This document shows, piece after piece, positions 40,440 to 51,680 of a stretch of 64,000 bases of DNA. The stretch spans positions 120,716,001 to 120,780,000 of the forward strand of contig NC_058368.1 of assembly GCF_018350175.1 (NCBI RefSeq). Direction: 5' to 3'. The first letter of the stretch is position 1. Each line of letters begins with the position of its first letter. The notes below the pieces were generated by a model. That model was not told the origin of the DNA. It did no database searches and saw only the letters and a program-made list of their open reading frames with translations. The position numbers and the translations under genes are program-made. This stretch comes from Felis catus. Lineage: Eukaryota.

Positions 40440-41340
40440 TTTTCCCCAGGTTTGTAATCTAAGCTGACTTTGTGACTTCCATTGACAAAGAGAACAGGGT
40501 GCAAGTGATAATGTGCTAGTCTTAAGCATAGGGCCAAAGAGGCCTTACATGCTTCCACTCTCTCTTTTGGGATCCTGCCACCATTTGTGCACCATATATG
40601 CAAGCCTGGGTGGGCCCACTGGGGCACAACAGACTATGTTGATGGGGAGCCAAAGTATAACACTCAAGAGCCAGCCAACCTGCAGACACATGAATAAAGC
40701 CAACCTAAACCAGTCAGCCTCCAGCTACCTCAGCAGCTGTTCATTGAGGCTTAAGAGACCCCAGCATGCATTAGCAGAGTCCAGCCCACAAGAGCAGAAC
40801 CACATAGCTGGCCCATTGTCTTATGAGAAATAACATATGGCAGCTGCTACGTTTGGAGGTGGTTTTCCATGTAACAGTAGTTAACTAATACAATCTTTGT
40901 CTTCCCAACTCTACATTTGCAAATCCTATCCATCCTATTTTGTAAGTATCACCTTCTGTGAAACTTTGTCCAATAGCTACAGCAAGAAATCAGCTCTCAC
41001 TCCTCTGAGATCCCATGGCATTTGATTTGTACCTTTCTATGCTTGTTAGAATAGGCTGGGCTGTGCAGCTGTAACAAATTCCAGGGGCTTAGTATAACCA
41101 AGATTTATTTCTTGTTCCCGATACATAGCCAATTGGAGTTACCGGGGAGTTCTGCTTCCCACGTTCACCCAGGGATCCTCACCGATGCAAGGAGCACCAT
41201 CTTGTGACACTTTCATCTCAGGCCGAGGCTTCAGAGAGTGCCTGGAGACTTCAGACTTGTTCTTCCCCCTACCTGCCCATTGCCCAATGTCCAGGTCTGA
41301 TGATGCAGCCATATCTAAATACAAGAGAGCTGGGAATGCA
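40440..41340. mobile_element. MLT1-like MaLR LTR remnants
   Basis: ccagccaacctgcagacacatga...gaaccacatagctg...tttggaggtggtt...taacagtagttaactaataca end motif; a second copy starts at ~41045. Confidence 0.55.
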
Positions 41341-41636
41341 AGAGAGCACGCAGATCCCTCTTCATGTCTCTGCTCTCCTTTCTCATGGCATCATTCCCTC
41401 AAATCTTTGATTTACATGGCTTTCTTGCTTCTACAAAATGTGGTATACCGAGGTCTGGCTGCATAGGCGTGCATGCTAGGCAGTCACACGGGGTGCCGTT
41501 CTTAGAACCCCACACTCGGCTAAACAGTTTGATGTCATCATCTTAAAGTCTTAATAATTTTTGAACTAGGGATCTGTCATTTTCATTCTGCTCTGGGGCT
41601 CACAGATTATGCAGCTGCTCTTATCCATATGTAATC

Positions 41637-41835
41637 CAGTAGTTCCCAGTCCAGGGTGCTCAATGGAATCACTAGGGCGATGTTCAAAAATACAGGTACA
41701 CTAGCCCCACCTGAGAACAATTAAATCAGACTCTAGGAACGGAGCCCAGGAAAAGGTTTTTGTTGTTGTTGTTGTTGTTTTGTTTTTAAGTATCTTCAAG
41801 AGGTTCTCATGTGCACCTGATGTTGAACATCACTT
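41637..41835. mobile_element. MER5A-like hAT MITE
   Basis: cagtagttc...gaatcact...ccccacc...aaatcaga...ggttctcatgtgcacc...ttgaacatcact; contains a (TTG)n run. Confidence 0.55.
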
Positions 41836-42513
41836 CCCTAATGTCATGGCCCAGAGAGCCTCTTTTGGTACCTTCTCAGAATAAAATACAATAAGAAATA
41901 AGTGTAAGGCAAAAAGCAATCAGCCAATGGTCTCCTGTAGTTTCAAAAGTGTCAACGCCATTAATATAGTCTGAAAAATGATTCCAGATTAAATGAGAAT
42001 GAATAGACAGCTAAATGCAAGACAGGATTCCGAACGAGGTTGCTTTGCAAAAGACCAGCGATACCATATCCATCTAACAGAGACTTTAACACAAACATGT
42101 AAAGGCAGACGTACAAGGATTTCCACAGTGGCATTCTTTTTGGTAGTGAAAAATAAAAGTACAGTCTTAATGTCCACCAACGGGATGGAGTTAAATGATA
42201 AAAATTGTGCTGTGTAAAATAGAGGGTAGTCCATATGAGATGACCTAGAAAATATCTCTGACATAATATTCTCTGAAAAATACAATTTCAGACTAATATG
42301 TACCTCATAGTTGTATTTTGCATATATGTATGTAATGTGTGGATGTGCATATAGGCATTTTGTAATACTAACAAATTTATTTCTGAGGGGAAAAGATTTC
42401 ACTTAATTGGTATATATATATATATTTATGTTTTTAAGTAGACTGTTGACAATTTTGACTTTTTTTCCAGCATTTTTCAAGTAACAAATTTATATGCAAG
42501 ACTGACAACTGAC

Positions 42514-42840
42514 CTTCCTTTTGGCTGCTCTCGTCAAGCCCGTCGATCATTCTTTGTAACCACCCTTGAAGAAATCCATGAGAGCTTTTAATTTTAAGGA
42601 ACTGCCCATATAAGTCTTCTGAGTCAAGCAGCATAAAACATAAGTGAAAAACCTGCCTTGGAAAATGGGCTCGAGTTGTTTCAGAAAAACGAGAATAAAA
42701 GGAATAAAGTATCCACAAGGAACTTCCATTTCAGTGAAGAATCAATGTTCTTAATTTCAAGAAATTCAAAGCTGGTGGTGCACTAATTATATGCATTGAA
42801 TTCCTCCAAATGCAGATCTATTACATGTTTGTGTCTATCT
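42514..42840 (-). pseudogene. Exon, 327 nt: DRHKHVIDLHLEEFNAYN*CTTSFEFLEIKNIDSSLKWKFLVD/fs/FLKQLEPIFQGRFFTYVLCCLTQKTYMGSSLK...KE*...
   Basis: Acceptor cccccatctctctattttatgcccaaag|A (phase 2, matches the 55343 donor), donor GGAAG|gtcagt. Stops at 42785 and 42549. Aligns in gapless blocks to exon 34621-34323. Confidence 0.6.
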
Positions 42841-44099
42841 CTTTGGGCATAAAATAGAGAGATGGGGGAGGCTGCTATAAGCTGTTTTCCTCCCTCCTTC
42901 CACAAACAATAATTTGGATGTGATAAGGATTTGCAAAACAAACACCAAGCTGCATAGGGCTTTGTGTTTCCAAGCCACAAGCATGAAAATCCATTTAAAC
43001 CACTATCTCTCTGTCTGTCGAGATAAACAGGTTCTAAGTACCCTATATAAATCTCCAAACCATGGAAGAAAATAACCCCAAACTTTTTTCTTTATCTGGC
43101 CCCAATTAAAGTTCAATGCAGGGGATTTATAATCCCCATCTAAACAGGGCATCTGCGATTTGTGGCCTGACATAAATAACCAGCTTTAATGCTGTAAAAG
43201 GACAGTAAGGGTCAATTCCATATATTTATGCAGAAAGGAAAATGATACCAACATTCATCAGTACTCCACCAAGACTTCTCTTACTAAAGATATCTACACA
43301 GTAGATACTTGCATTTTTCCTCTCCAGCATCCATTCATTCTGTCTATATTGCCCGTATTTCCTCACAGAGAATTACTTCCAGCCCATGGGCGTAGTATTG
43401 GGGAAACAATTCCAGGAGCCCATTTTCAATGAAAAAAGAAAAAAGGTCGATCCTCAGTATCCCTGCCCCAGCAAGCCAGGGGGGAGAGCACTTGACCTAA
43501 GTCCTGGCAATGCAGTGCAATCTCTGCAGGTTCTCAGACCACCAACTTAGCTCCAAACTCACTTGTTTACCCTGCTTTGTACTACTGGACCTTAGACTCT
43601 GTAGACCGCACTTCCCCATTGGTCAGGTGGCTTCCTGACTGACTCTGACAACAAGGAAACTGAACAGCAGGAGGAAGGGAAAAGCCACATGCTCTTCTTC
43701 ATACACATGCTCTCCCTTCAGCATCCTGGCCATACATACCAACATCACCTGGTTCCTCTCCAGCTTCTCTCCACAGTCCTAGAAGCACCTCCTCTCACTC
43801 CCTCAGAGGTACCAGCCAGGCAGCTCCTAACCTTCTGGGGTTGCATCCAGCCCTATGAGGATCTTTCACTAACTCTAGAGAGAGAGGTGGCAGCTGGCTA
43901 AGGTCCTCCCCTCAAAGGCCTGGACCTCTGCTCCTCCGTGCTTCTTTTCCAAGCTTCTAGTCTGATGACACCAACTTTTTCTCATTCTCTGGTCATAGGC
44001 AGATCAGCTTCTTCCTGGAGGTACTGTGTTGTGTTCATTTTCACTACTGTGTATCCTCCAGCTTCCCTACATTAAAGCCTCTGTTAAAATAACTAGCAT

Positions 44100-44590
44100 G
44101 GGGGTGCCTGGATGGCTCAAACAGTTAACCATCCACCTCTGGATTTCAGCTCAGATCATTCTCTCACAGTTTTGTGAGTTCGAGCCCCACATCGGGCTCT
44201 GCATGGACTCTGCAGAGCCTGCTTGGGATTCTGCCCCTCCCCTGTTCATGCTCTCTCTATTTCTTTCAAAATAAACAAATAAACTTTTTTTTGATATTTT
44301 TAAATTTTTTTAATGTTTATTTATTTTTGAGAGAGAGAGAGAGTTTGAGAGAGAGAGAGAGAGACAGAGAGAGAGACAGAGCATTATCAAGGAGGGGCAG
44401 AGAGAGAGGGAGACGCAGAATCCAAAGCAGGCTCCAGGCTCTGAACTGTCAGCACAGAGCCGGACATGGGGCTCAAACTCACAAGATGTGAGATCATGAC
44501 CTGAGCCAAAGTCAGAGGCTTAACTGACTGAGCCACCCAAGAGCCCCAAAATTAATAAATAAACTTTAAAAACTATTAAAAAAATAAAAT
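44100..44590. mobile_element. Plus-strand CAN-SINE (44100-44284) with a minus-strand CAN-SINE (44286-44547) nested in its tail
   Basis: Outer TSD aaaataactagcatgg. Inner TSD ~aataaacttt. Confidence 0.93.
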
Positions 44591-44700
44591 AACTAGCATG
44601 GATTTGTTTTCCTTACTAGACTGGGACTGCCCTAGGCACTCTCACCAGGTTGCCGACACCTGTGTAAGTGACTGAGGCGAGAGATAGGTTGGAGGTTTTC

Positions 44701-44980
44701 TTTTTTTTTTTTTTTTGAAACCATGTTCTTTTTTTTTTTTTAATATGAAATTTGTCAAATTGGTTTCCATACAACACCCAGTCCTCACCCCAACAGGTGC
44801 CCTCCTCAATGCCCATCACCCACTTTCCCCTCCCTCCCACCCCCCATCAACCCTCAGTTTGTTCTGTTTTTAAGAGTCTCTTATGTTTTGGCTCCGTCCC
44901 TCTTTAACTTTTTTTTCCCCTTCCCCTCCCCCACGGTTTTCTGTTAAGTTTCTCAGGATCCACCTAAGAGTGAAAACATA
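44701..44980 (-). mobile_element. Young feline L1 3'-end fragment
   Basis: Close reverse-complement match to 20965-21210. TSD tggaggttttc on both sides. Double poly(T) tail. Confidence 0.9.
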
Positions 44981-45412
44981 TGGAGGTTTTCATTACAAAG
45001 TGGATGCAGCCACAGGTTGGTCTTGACTCAGCTTTTCAAGTGACAGAACTATTGCCTGCTTCCCTTTTTGCAAGCTCTCCCCTACTCTTTGTTCCCCCTC
45101 ATCCTCAGGTCTGAACCTCCAACCTCTTTTGGATTCTGTAGGCCCCCGGTAAACCTTCTGAAAGATTCCTTTCACTTAGTTAGGCTAAAATTAGTTTTTG
45201 TTGCTTGTGAGTAAGAAAACAAATGATACTGACATCCTAAGCAGGGAGGTTTGAGCAAACGTCTTCCATCAATCCATCCTTGAGTCCATAAGGACTTAAT
45301 GAGCAGTGCACTTGGAACAAACAAAATCAACTCCAGGTATCCTAAGCACTTTCTCTTCAACCTTGAAAAAACCCAGAAAACTGTATCATTAGTTTCTGAT
45401 ATCTTCTTAATA

Positions 45413-45416
<4 letters not shown>

Positions 45417-45453
<37 letters not shown>
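45417..45453. repeat. (CA)n microsatellite
   Basis: Direct reading. Confidence 0.95.
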
Positions 45454-45455
<2 letters not shown>

Positions 45456-45986
45456 ATTTGCTCATAGATCACTGAGCTCATCTCCTGCACTTAACAGGCC
45501 AGAGAGAAGATGAGACGGAGACAAGGCCATACAGCAGGAGTCACAGCCATGCCCCAGGCTCCAAGTACACAGCCTTCCTTCCATCCACTTATCTGTATCT
45601 TAGGGAAATCTTCCTGAGAATTAAAAGAATATGAATAAATGCGGTGCACTGAGTAGTGTATAGAGGATTTACAACCCTAGTCATTACCAAATTTTTTTTT
45701 TTTGCTTTGCTTATTATTTTTTAAGATTTACATCCAAATTAGTTAGTATATAGTGAACCAATGATTTCAGTAGATTCCTTAATGCCCCTTACCCATTTAG
45801 CCCATCCCCCCTCCCATAACCGCTCCAGCACCCCTCAGTTTGTTTTCCATATTTATGAGTCTCTTTTGTCTCCCTCCCTGTTTTTATATTATTTTTGTTT
45901 CCCTTCCCTTATGTTCATCTGTTTTGTCTCTTAAAGTCCTCATATGAGTGAAGTCATATGATTTTTGTTTCTCTGACTAATTTTAC

Positions 45987-46066
45987 TTAGCTTAATACCC
46001 TCCAGTTCCATCCACATAGTTGCAAATGGCAAGATTTCATTCTTTTTGACTGCCGAGTAATACTCC

Positions 46067-46118
<52 letters not shown>

Positions 46119-49100
46119 CCACAACTTCTTTATCCATTCATCCATCAATGGACACTTGGACTCTTTCCATACTTTGAGTATTGTTGATAGTGCTGCTATA
46201 AACATGGGGGTGCATGTGTCCCTTCGAAACAGCACACCTGTATCCCTTGGATAAATGCCTAGTAGTGCAATTGCTGGGTCATAGGGTAGCTCTATTTTTA
46301 GTTTTTTGAGAAACCTCCATACTGTTTTCCAGAGTGGCAGCACCAGCTTGCATCGCCACCAACAATGCAAAAGAGATCCTCTTTCTCTACATCCTCGCCA
46401 ACATCTGTTGTTGCCTGAGTTGTTAATGTTAGCCATTCTGACAGGTATCAGGTGATATCTCATTGTGGTTTTGATTTCTATTTCCCTGATGATGAGTCAT
46501 GTTGAGCATTTTCTCATGTGTCAGTTGGCCATCTGGATGCCTTCTTTGGAGAAGTGTCTATTCATGTCTTCTGCCCATTTCTTCACTGGATTATTGGTTT
46601 TTTGGGTGTTGAGTTTGATAAGTTCTTTGTAGATTTTGGATACTAACCCTTTATCTGATATGTTGTTTGAAAATATCTTCTCCCATTCTGTTGGTTGCCT
46701 TCTAGTTTTGCTGATTATTTCCTTCGCTGTGCAGAAGCTTTTTATTTTGATGAAGTCCCAGTAGTTCATTTTTGCTTTTGTTTCCCTTGCCTCTGGAGAC
46801 ATGTTGAGTAAGAAGTTGCTGCGGCCAAGATCAAAGAGGTTTTTGCCTGCTTTCTCCTTGAGGATGTTGATGGCTTCCTGTCTTACATTTAGTTCTTTCA
46901 TCCACTTTGAGTTTATTTTTGTGTATGGTGTAAGAAAGTGGTACAGGTTCATTCTTGTGCATGTCACTGTCCGGTTTTCCCAGCACCACTTGAAGCAGAG
47001 ACTGTCTTTATTCCATTGGTTACTCTTTCCTGCTTTGTCAAAGTTTAGTTGCCCATACATTTGTGGGTCTGTTTCTGGGTTCTCAATTCTATTCCATTCA
47101 TCTGAGTCTCTGTTCTTCTGCCAGTACCATACTGTCTTGATAATAACAGCTTTGTAGTATAGCTTGAAGTCTGGGGTTGTGATGCCTCCTGCTTTGGTTT
47201 TCTTTTTCAAGATTGCTTTGGCTATTTGGAGTCTTTTCTGGTTCCATAAAAATTTTAGGATTATTTGCTCTAGCTCTGTGTAGAATGCTGGTGTTACTTT
47301 GATAGGGATCATGTTGAATATGTAGATTGCTTTGGGTGGTATCGACATTTTAACAATATTTGTTCTTCCTATCCAGGAGCATGGAATCTTTTCCCATTTT
47401 TTTGTGTCTTCTTCAATTTCTTTCATCAGCTTTCTATAGTTTTCAGTGTATATATTTTTTACCTCTTTGGTTAGATTTATTCCTAGGTATTTTATGGTTT
47501 TTGGTGCAACTGTAAATGGGATCAAGTCCTTGATTTCTCTTTCTGTCGCTTCATTGTTGGTATAGGAATGCAGCCGATTTCTGTGCATTGATTTTATATC
47601 CTGCGACTTTGCTGAATTCAGGAATCAGTTCTAGCAGTTTTTTGGTGGAATATTTTGGGTTTTCCATATAGAGTATCAGATCATCTGCGAAGAGTGAAAG
47701 TTTGAACTCCTCCTGACCGATTTGTATGCCTTTTATTTCTTTGTATTGTCTGATTGCAGAGGCTAAGACTTCCAATACTATGTTGAATAACAGTGACGAG
47801 AGTGGACATCCCTGTTTTGTTCCTGACCTTAGGGGGAAAGCTGTCAGTTTTTCCCCATTGAGGATGATATTAGCATTGGGTCACTTGTATATGGCTTTTA
47901 TCGTCTCTAGGTATGCTCCTTCTATCCCTACTTTCTTTAGGGTTTTTATCAAGAAAGGATGTCGTATTTTGTCAAATGCTTTCTCTGCATCTATTGAGAG
48001 GGTATTACGGTTCTTGTCCTTTCTTTTATTGATGTGATGAATCACGTTAATTTTTTAGCAGATATTGAACCAGCCCTGCATCCCAGGTATAATTCCCACT
48101 TGGTCCCGGTGAATAATTTTTTTAATGTATTGTTGGAGCCGGTTGGCTAATATCTTGTTGAGGATTTTTGCATCCATGTTCATCAGGGAAATTGGTCTAT
48201 AGTTCTCCTTTTTAGTGGGGTGTCTGGTTTTGGAATCAGGGTAATGCTGGCTTCATAGAAAGAGTTTGGAAGTTTTCCTTCCATTTCTATTTTTTGGAAC
48301 ACCTTCAAGAGAATAGGTGTTAACTCTTCCTTAAATGTTTGGTAGAATTCCCCTGGGAAGCCATCTGGCCCTGGACTCTTGTTTTTTGGCAGAATTTTGA
48401 TTACTAATTCGATTTCCTTACAGGTTATGGGTCTGGTCCAATTTTCTATTTCTTCTTGTTTCAGTTTTGGTGTGTATATGTTTCTAGGAATTTGTCCATT
48501 TCTTCCAGATCGCCCATTTTGTTGGCATATAATTGCTCATAATATTCTCTTATTATTGTTTTTATTTCTGTTGTGTTGGTTGTGATTTCTCCTCTTTCTT
48601 TCTTGATTTTACTTATTTGGGTCCTTTCCTTTTTCTTCTTGATCAAACTGGCTAGTGGTTTATCAATTTTGTTAATTCTTTCAAAGAACCAGCTTCTGGT
48701 TTCATTGATCTGTTCTACTGTTTTTTTTTGTTTGTTTGTTTGTTTGTTTTTTTGGTTTTGATAGCATTAATTTCTGCTCTAATGTTTATTATTTCCTGTC
48801 TTCTACTGGTTTTTGGTTTGTTTTTACTGTTCTTTTTCCAGCTTCTTAAGGCATAAGATTAGGTTGTGTATCTGAGATCTTTCTTCCTTCTTTAGGAAGG
48901 CCTGGATTGCTATATACCTTCTTCTTATGACCGCCTTTGCTGTGTCCCAGAGGTTTTGGGTTGTGGTGTTATCATTTTCATTGACTTCCATATACTTTTT
49001 AATTTCTTCTTTAACTGCTTGGTTAGCCCATTCATTCTTTAGTAGGATGTTCTTCAGTCTCCAAGTATTTGTTACCTTTCCAAATTTTTTCTTGTGGTTG

Positions 49101-49790
49101 ATTTCGAGTTTCACAGCATTGTGGTCTGAAAATATGCACAGTATGATCTCGATCATTTTGTGCTTACTTAGGGCTGATTTGTGTCCCAGTATATGGTCTA
49201 TTCTGGAGAATGTTCCATGTGCACTGGAGAAGAATGTATATTCTGCTGCTTTAGGATGAAATGTTCTGAATATATCTGTTAAGTCCACCTGATCAAGTGT
49301 GTCATTCAAAGCCATTGTTTCCTTGTTGATTTTTTGATTAGATGATCTGTCCATTGCTGTGAGGGGGGTGTTGAAGTCTCCTACTATCATGATATTATTA
49401 TCGATGAGTTTCTTTATGTTTGTGATTAATTGATTTATATATGTGGGTGCTGCCACATTTGGCACATAAATGTTTAAAATTGTTAGGTCTTCTTGGTCTA
49501 TAGACCCCTTGGTTATGATATAATGTCCTTCTGCATCTCTTGATACAGTCTTTATTTTAAAGTCTAGATTGTCTGATAGAAGTATGCTACTCCAGCTTTC
49601 TTTTGCTGACCATTCTCATGATAGGTGGTTCTCCATCCCCTTATTTTCAATCTGTAGGGGTCTTTAGGTATAAAGTGGGTCTCTTGTAAACAGCATATCA
49701 ATGGGTCTTGTTTTCTTATCCATTCTGTTACCCTATGTCTTTTGATTGGAGCATTGAGTCCATTGACGTTTAGGTGAGTACTGAAAGATA
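45987..49790 (-). pseudogene. L1 ORF2p remnant (endonuclease/reverse transcriptase), disrupted
   Basis: LNVNGLNAPIKRHRV start, then ORFs 48824..49465, 48461..48646, 47551..47775, 46521..47588 and 45987..46463. A (CA)n expansion lies at 46069-46115. Confidence 0.92.
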
Positions 49791-49899
49791 TGAATTTATT
49801 GTCATTATGATGCTTGTAGAGCTGGAGTTTCTGGTGGTGTTCTCTGGTCCTTTCTAATCTTTTGTTGCTTTTGGTATATATACATATATATTTTTTTTT

Positions 49900-50797
49900 C
49901 ATCTTTTGTCCCCTCAGAGAGTCCCCCTTCATATTTCTTGCAGGACTGTGTTTAGTGGTCACAAACTCCTTTAATTTTTGTTTGTCTGGGAAACTTTTTA
50001 CCTCTCCTTCTATTTTGAATGACAGTCTTGCTGGATAAAGAGTTCTTGGCTGCCTATTTTTCTGATTCAGCACACTGAATATATCCCACCACTCCTTTCT
50101 GGCCTGACAGGTTTCTGTCGATTGGTCTGCTGCAAACCTGATCTGTCTTCCCTTGTAGGTTAGGGACTTTTTTTCCCTTGCTGCTTTCATGATTCTCTCC
50201 TTGCCTGAGTATTTTGGGAATTTGACTATGATATGCCTTGTTGATTATCAGGTTTTGTTGAATCTAATGGGAGTCCTCTGTGCTTCCTGGATTTTGATGT
50301 CTGTGTCTTCCCCCAGGTTAAGAAAGTTCTCCGCTATGATTTGCTCACATAACCCTTCTACCCCTATTTGTCTCTCTTTCTCCTCTGGGACCCCTATGAT
50401 TCTGATGTTGTTCCTTTTTAATGAGTCACTGATTTCTCTAAGTCTTAAATAGTGCTCTTTTGCCTTAATCTCCCTCTTTTTCTCTGCTTCGTTATTCTCT
50501 ATAAGTTTGTCCTCTATATCTCTGATTCTCTGTTCTGCCTCGTCCATCCTTGCCACCGCTGCATCCATCCGTGATTGCAGCTCAGTTATAGCAGTTTTCA
50601 TTTCATTCTGGCTATTTTTTTATGTCTTTTATCTCTGCAGAAAGGGATTCTAATCTATTTTTGACTCCAGCTAGCATTCTTATTATCGTGATTGTAAATT
50701 CTGGTTCAGACATCTTGCTTGTGCCTGTGTTGGTTAAATCCCTGGCTGTCGTTTCTTCATGCTCTTTCTGTTGGGGTGAATTCCTTCGTTTTGTCAT
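49900..50797 (-). pseudogene. L1 ORF1p remnant (split by stops/frameshifts)
   Basis: ORFs 50612..50797, 50248..50601 and 49564..50190 translate to L1 ORF1 coiled-coil, RRM and CTD sequence (LYPARLSF, KSFPDKQKLKEFVTTK). Confidence 0.9.
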
Positions 50798-50829
50798 TTT
50801 GAAGGGAGAAAAGGAATTAATGAGGTAGA

Positions 50830-51680
50830 AAAATTGAAATTAAAAAAATTAAAAATATTAAAAATAAAAAAATATTAAAATAATAATTAAAAACACACCC
50901 ACACAAAAATCGAATAGATAATGCTAGATCCCAGGTGTGTTTCGTCTGGGTGTAGAAAGTGGTTTGACAGATTAGAGAAACAAACAAAAAAAAAGGAGGG
51001 GGGGAGAGGGGAAAATAAAGAAATCGTTTGAGAATTTGAAATAATGAATACACTAAAGTAGACTAAATTACACAAAAGTAGAGAATATAGTAGAAAAAAA
51101 TTATAGAAAAATATTTTTAATAAAAATTAAAAATAAATATGAATTTTTTGTTTTCCGTATTTAAGAAAAAAGAAACAAAAAAGAGAAAAAGAGAAAAAAG
51201 AAAAATGGAAAAGACAAAAAAAAGAAATCATTTGAAAATTTGAAAAGGTGAATACACTGTAGTAGACTGAAATAAAATGATGGGAGTAAGATAGAATTTG
51301 AAAAAATTTACATAAAAGCAAAAATATAGTAATAAAAATTAAATAAAAATATTTTTAAAAGAAATTGAAAGTAAAAATGAAGTTTTTCTTTTTTTGCATT
51401 CAAGAAAAAGAAAATAAATGAAAAAGAAAAAAGAAAAAGAAAAAAAGGAAATTGTTTGAAAATTTGAAAAGGTGAGTACACTGAAGTAGACTAAAATAAA
51501 ATGATGGAAGTAGAATTTGAAAACATTTACACAAAAGTAAAAAATATAGTAATAAAAATTAAAGACAGATATTTTTAATAAAAATTGAAAATAAAAATGA
51601 GTTTTTTCTCTTTCTGTATTCAAGAAAAAAAAAAGAATTGTAAAAGAGAAAAAGGAGAAAGAGAGAAAAAAAAATTGAAT
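50830..51680 (-). repeat. AT-rich tandem array (three ~205-225-bp units) within the L1 5'UTR
   Basis: Motif aaat..tttga.aatttgaaa...gaatacact..agtagact recurs at ~51021, ~51225 and ~51449. Confidence 0.85.

Noticed and set aside
22018..42840. Resemblance to topoisomerase VI B / TOP6BL / MORC GHKL proteins (RMGVK, VEFCVAGDF, transducer-like C-terminal strands and helix)
   Set aside because: The GHKL-like motifs come from alternative frames of the 42.8, 37.3 and 36.6 kb exons that conflict with the internal-repeat alignment. There is no true DxGxG or GxxGxG box, and the sequence is far from mammalian TOP6BL. Only HHpred/Foldseek on an intact ortholog could revive it.
46521..47588. 355-aa ORF (and 3010..3660) as an active reverse transcriptase or host gene
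   Set aside because: These are fragments of frameshifted L1 ORF2.
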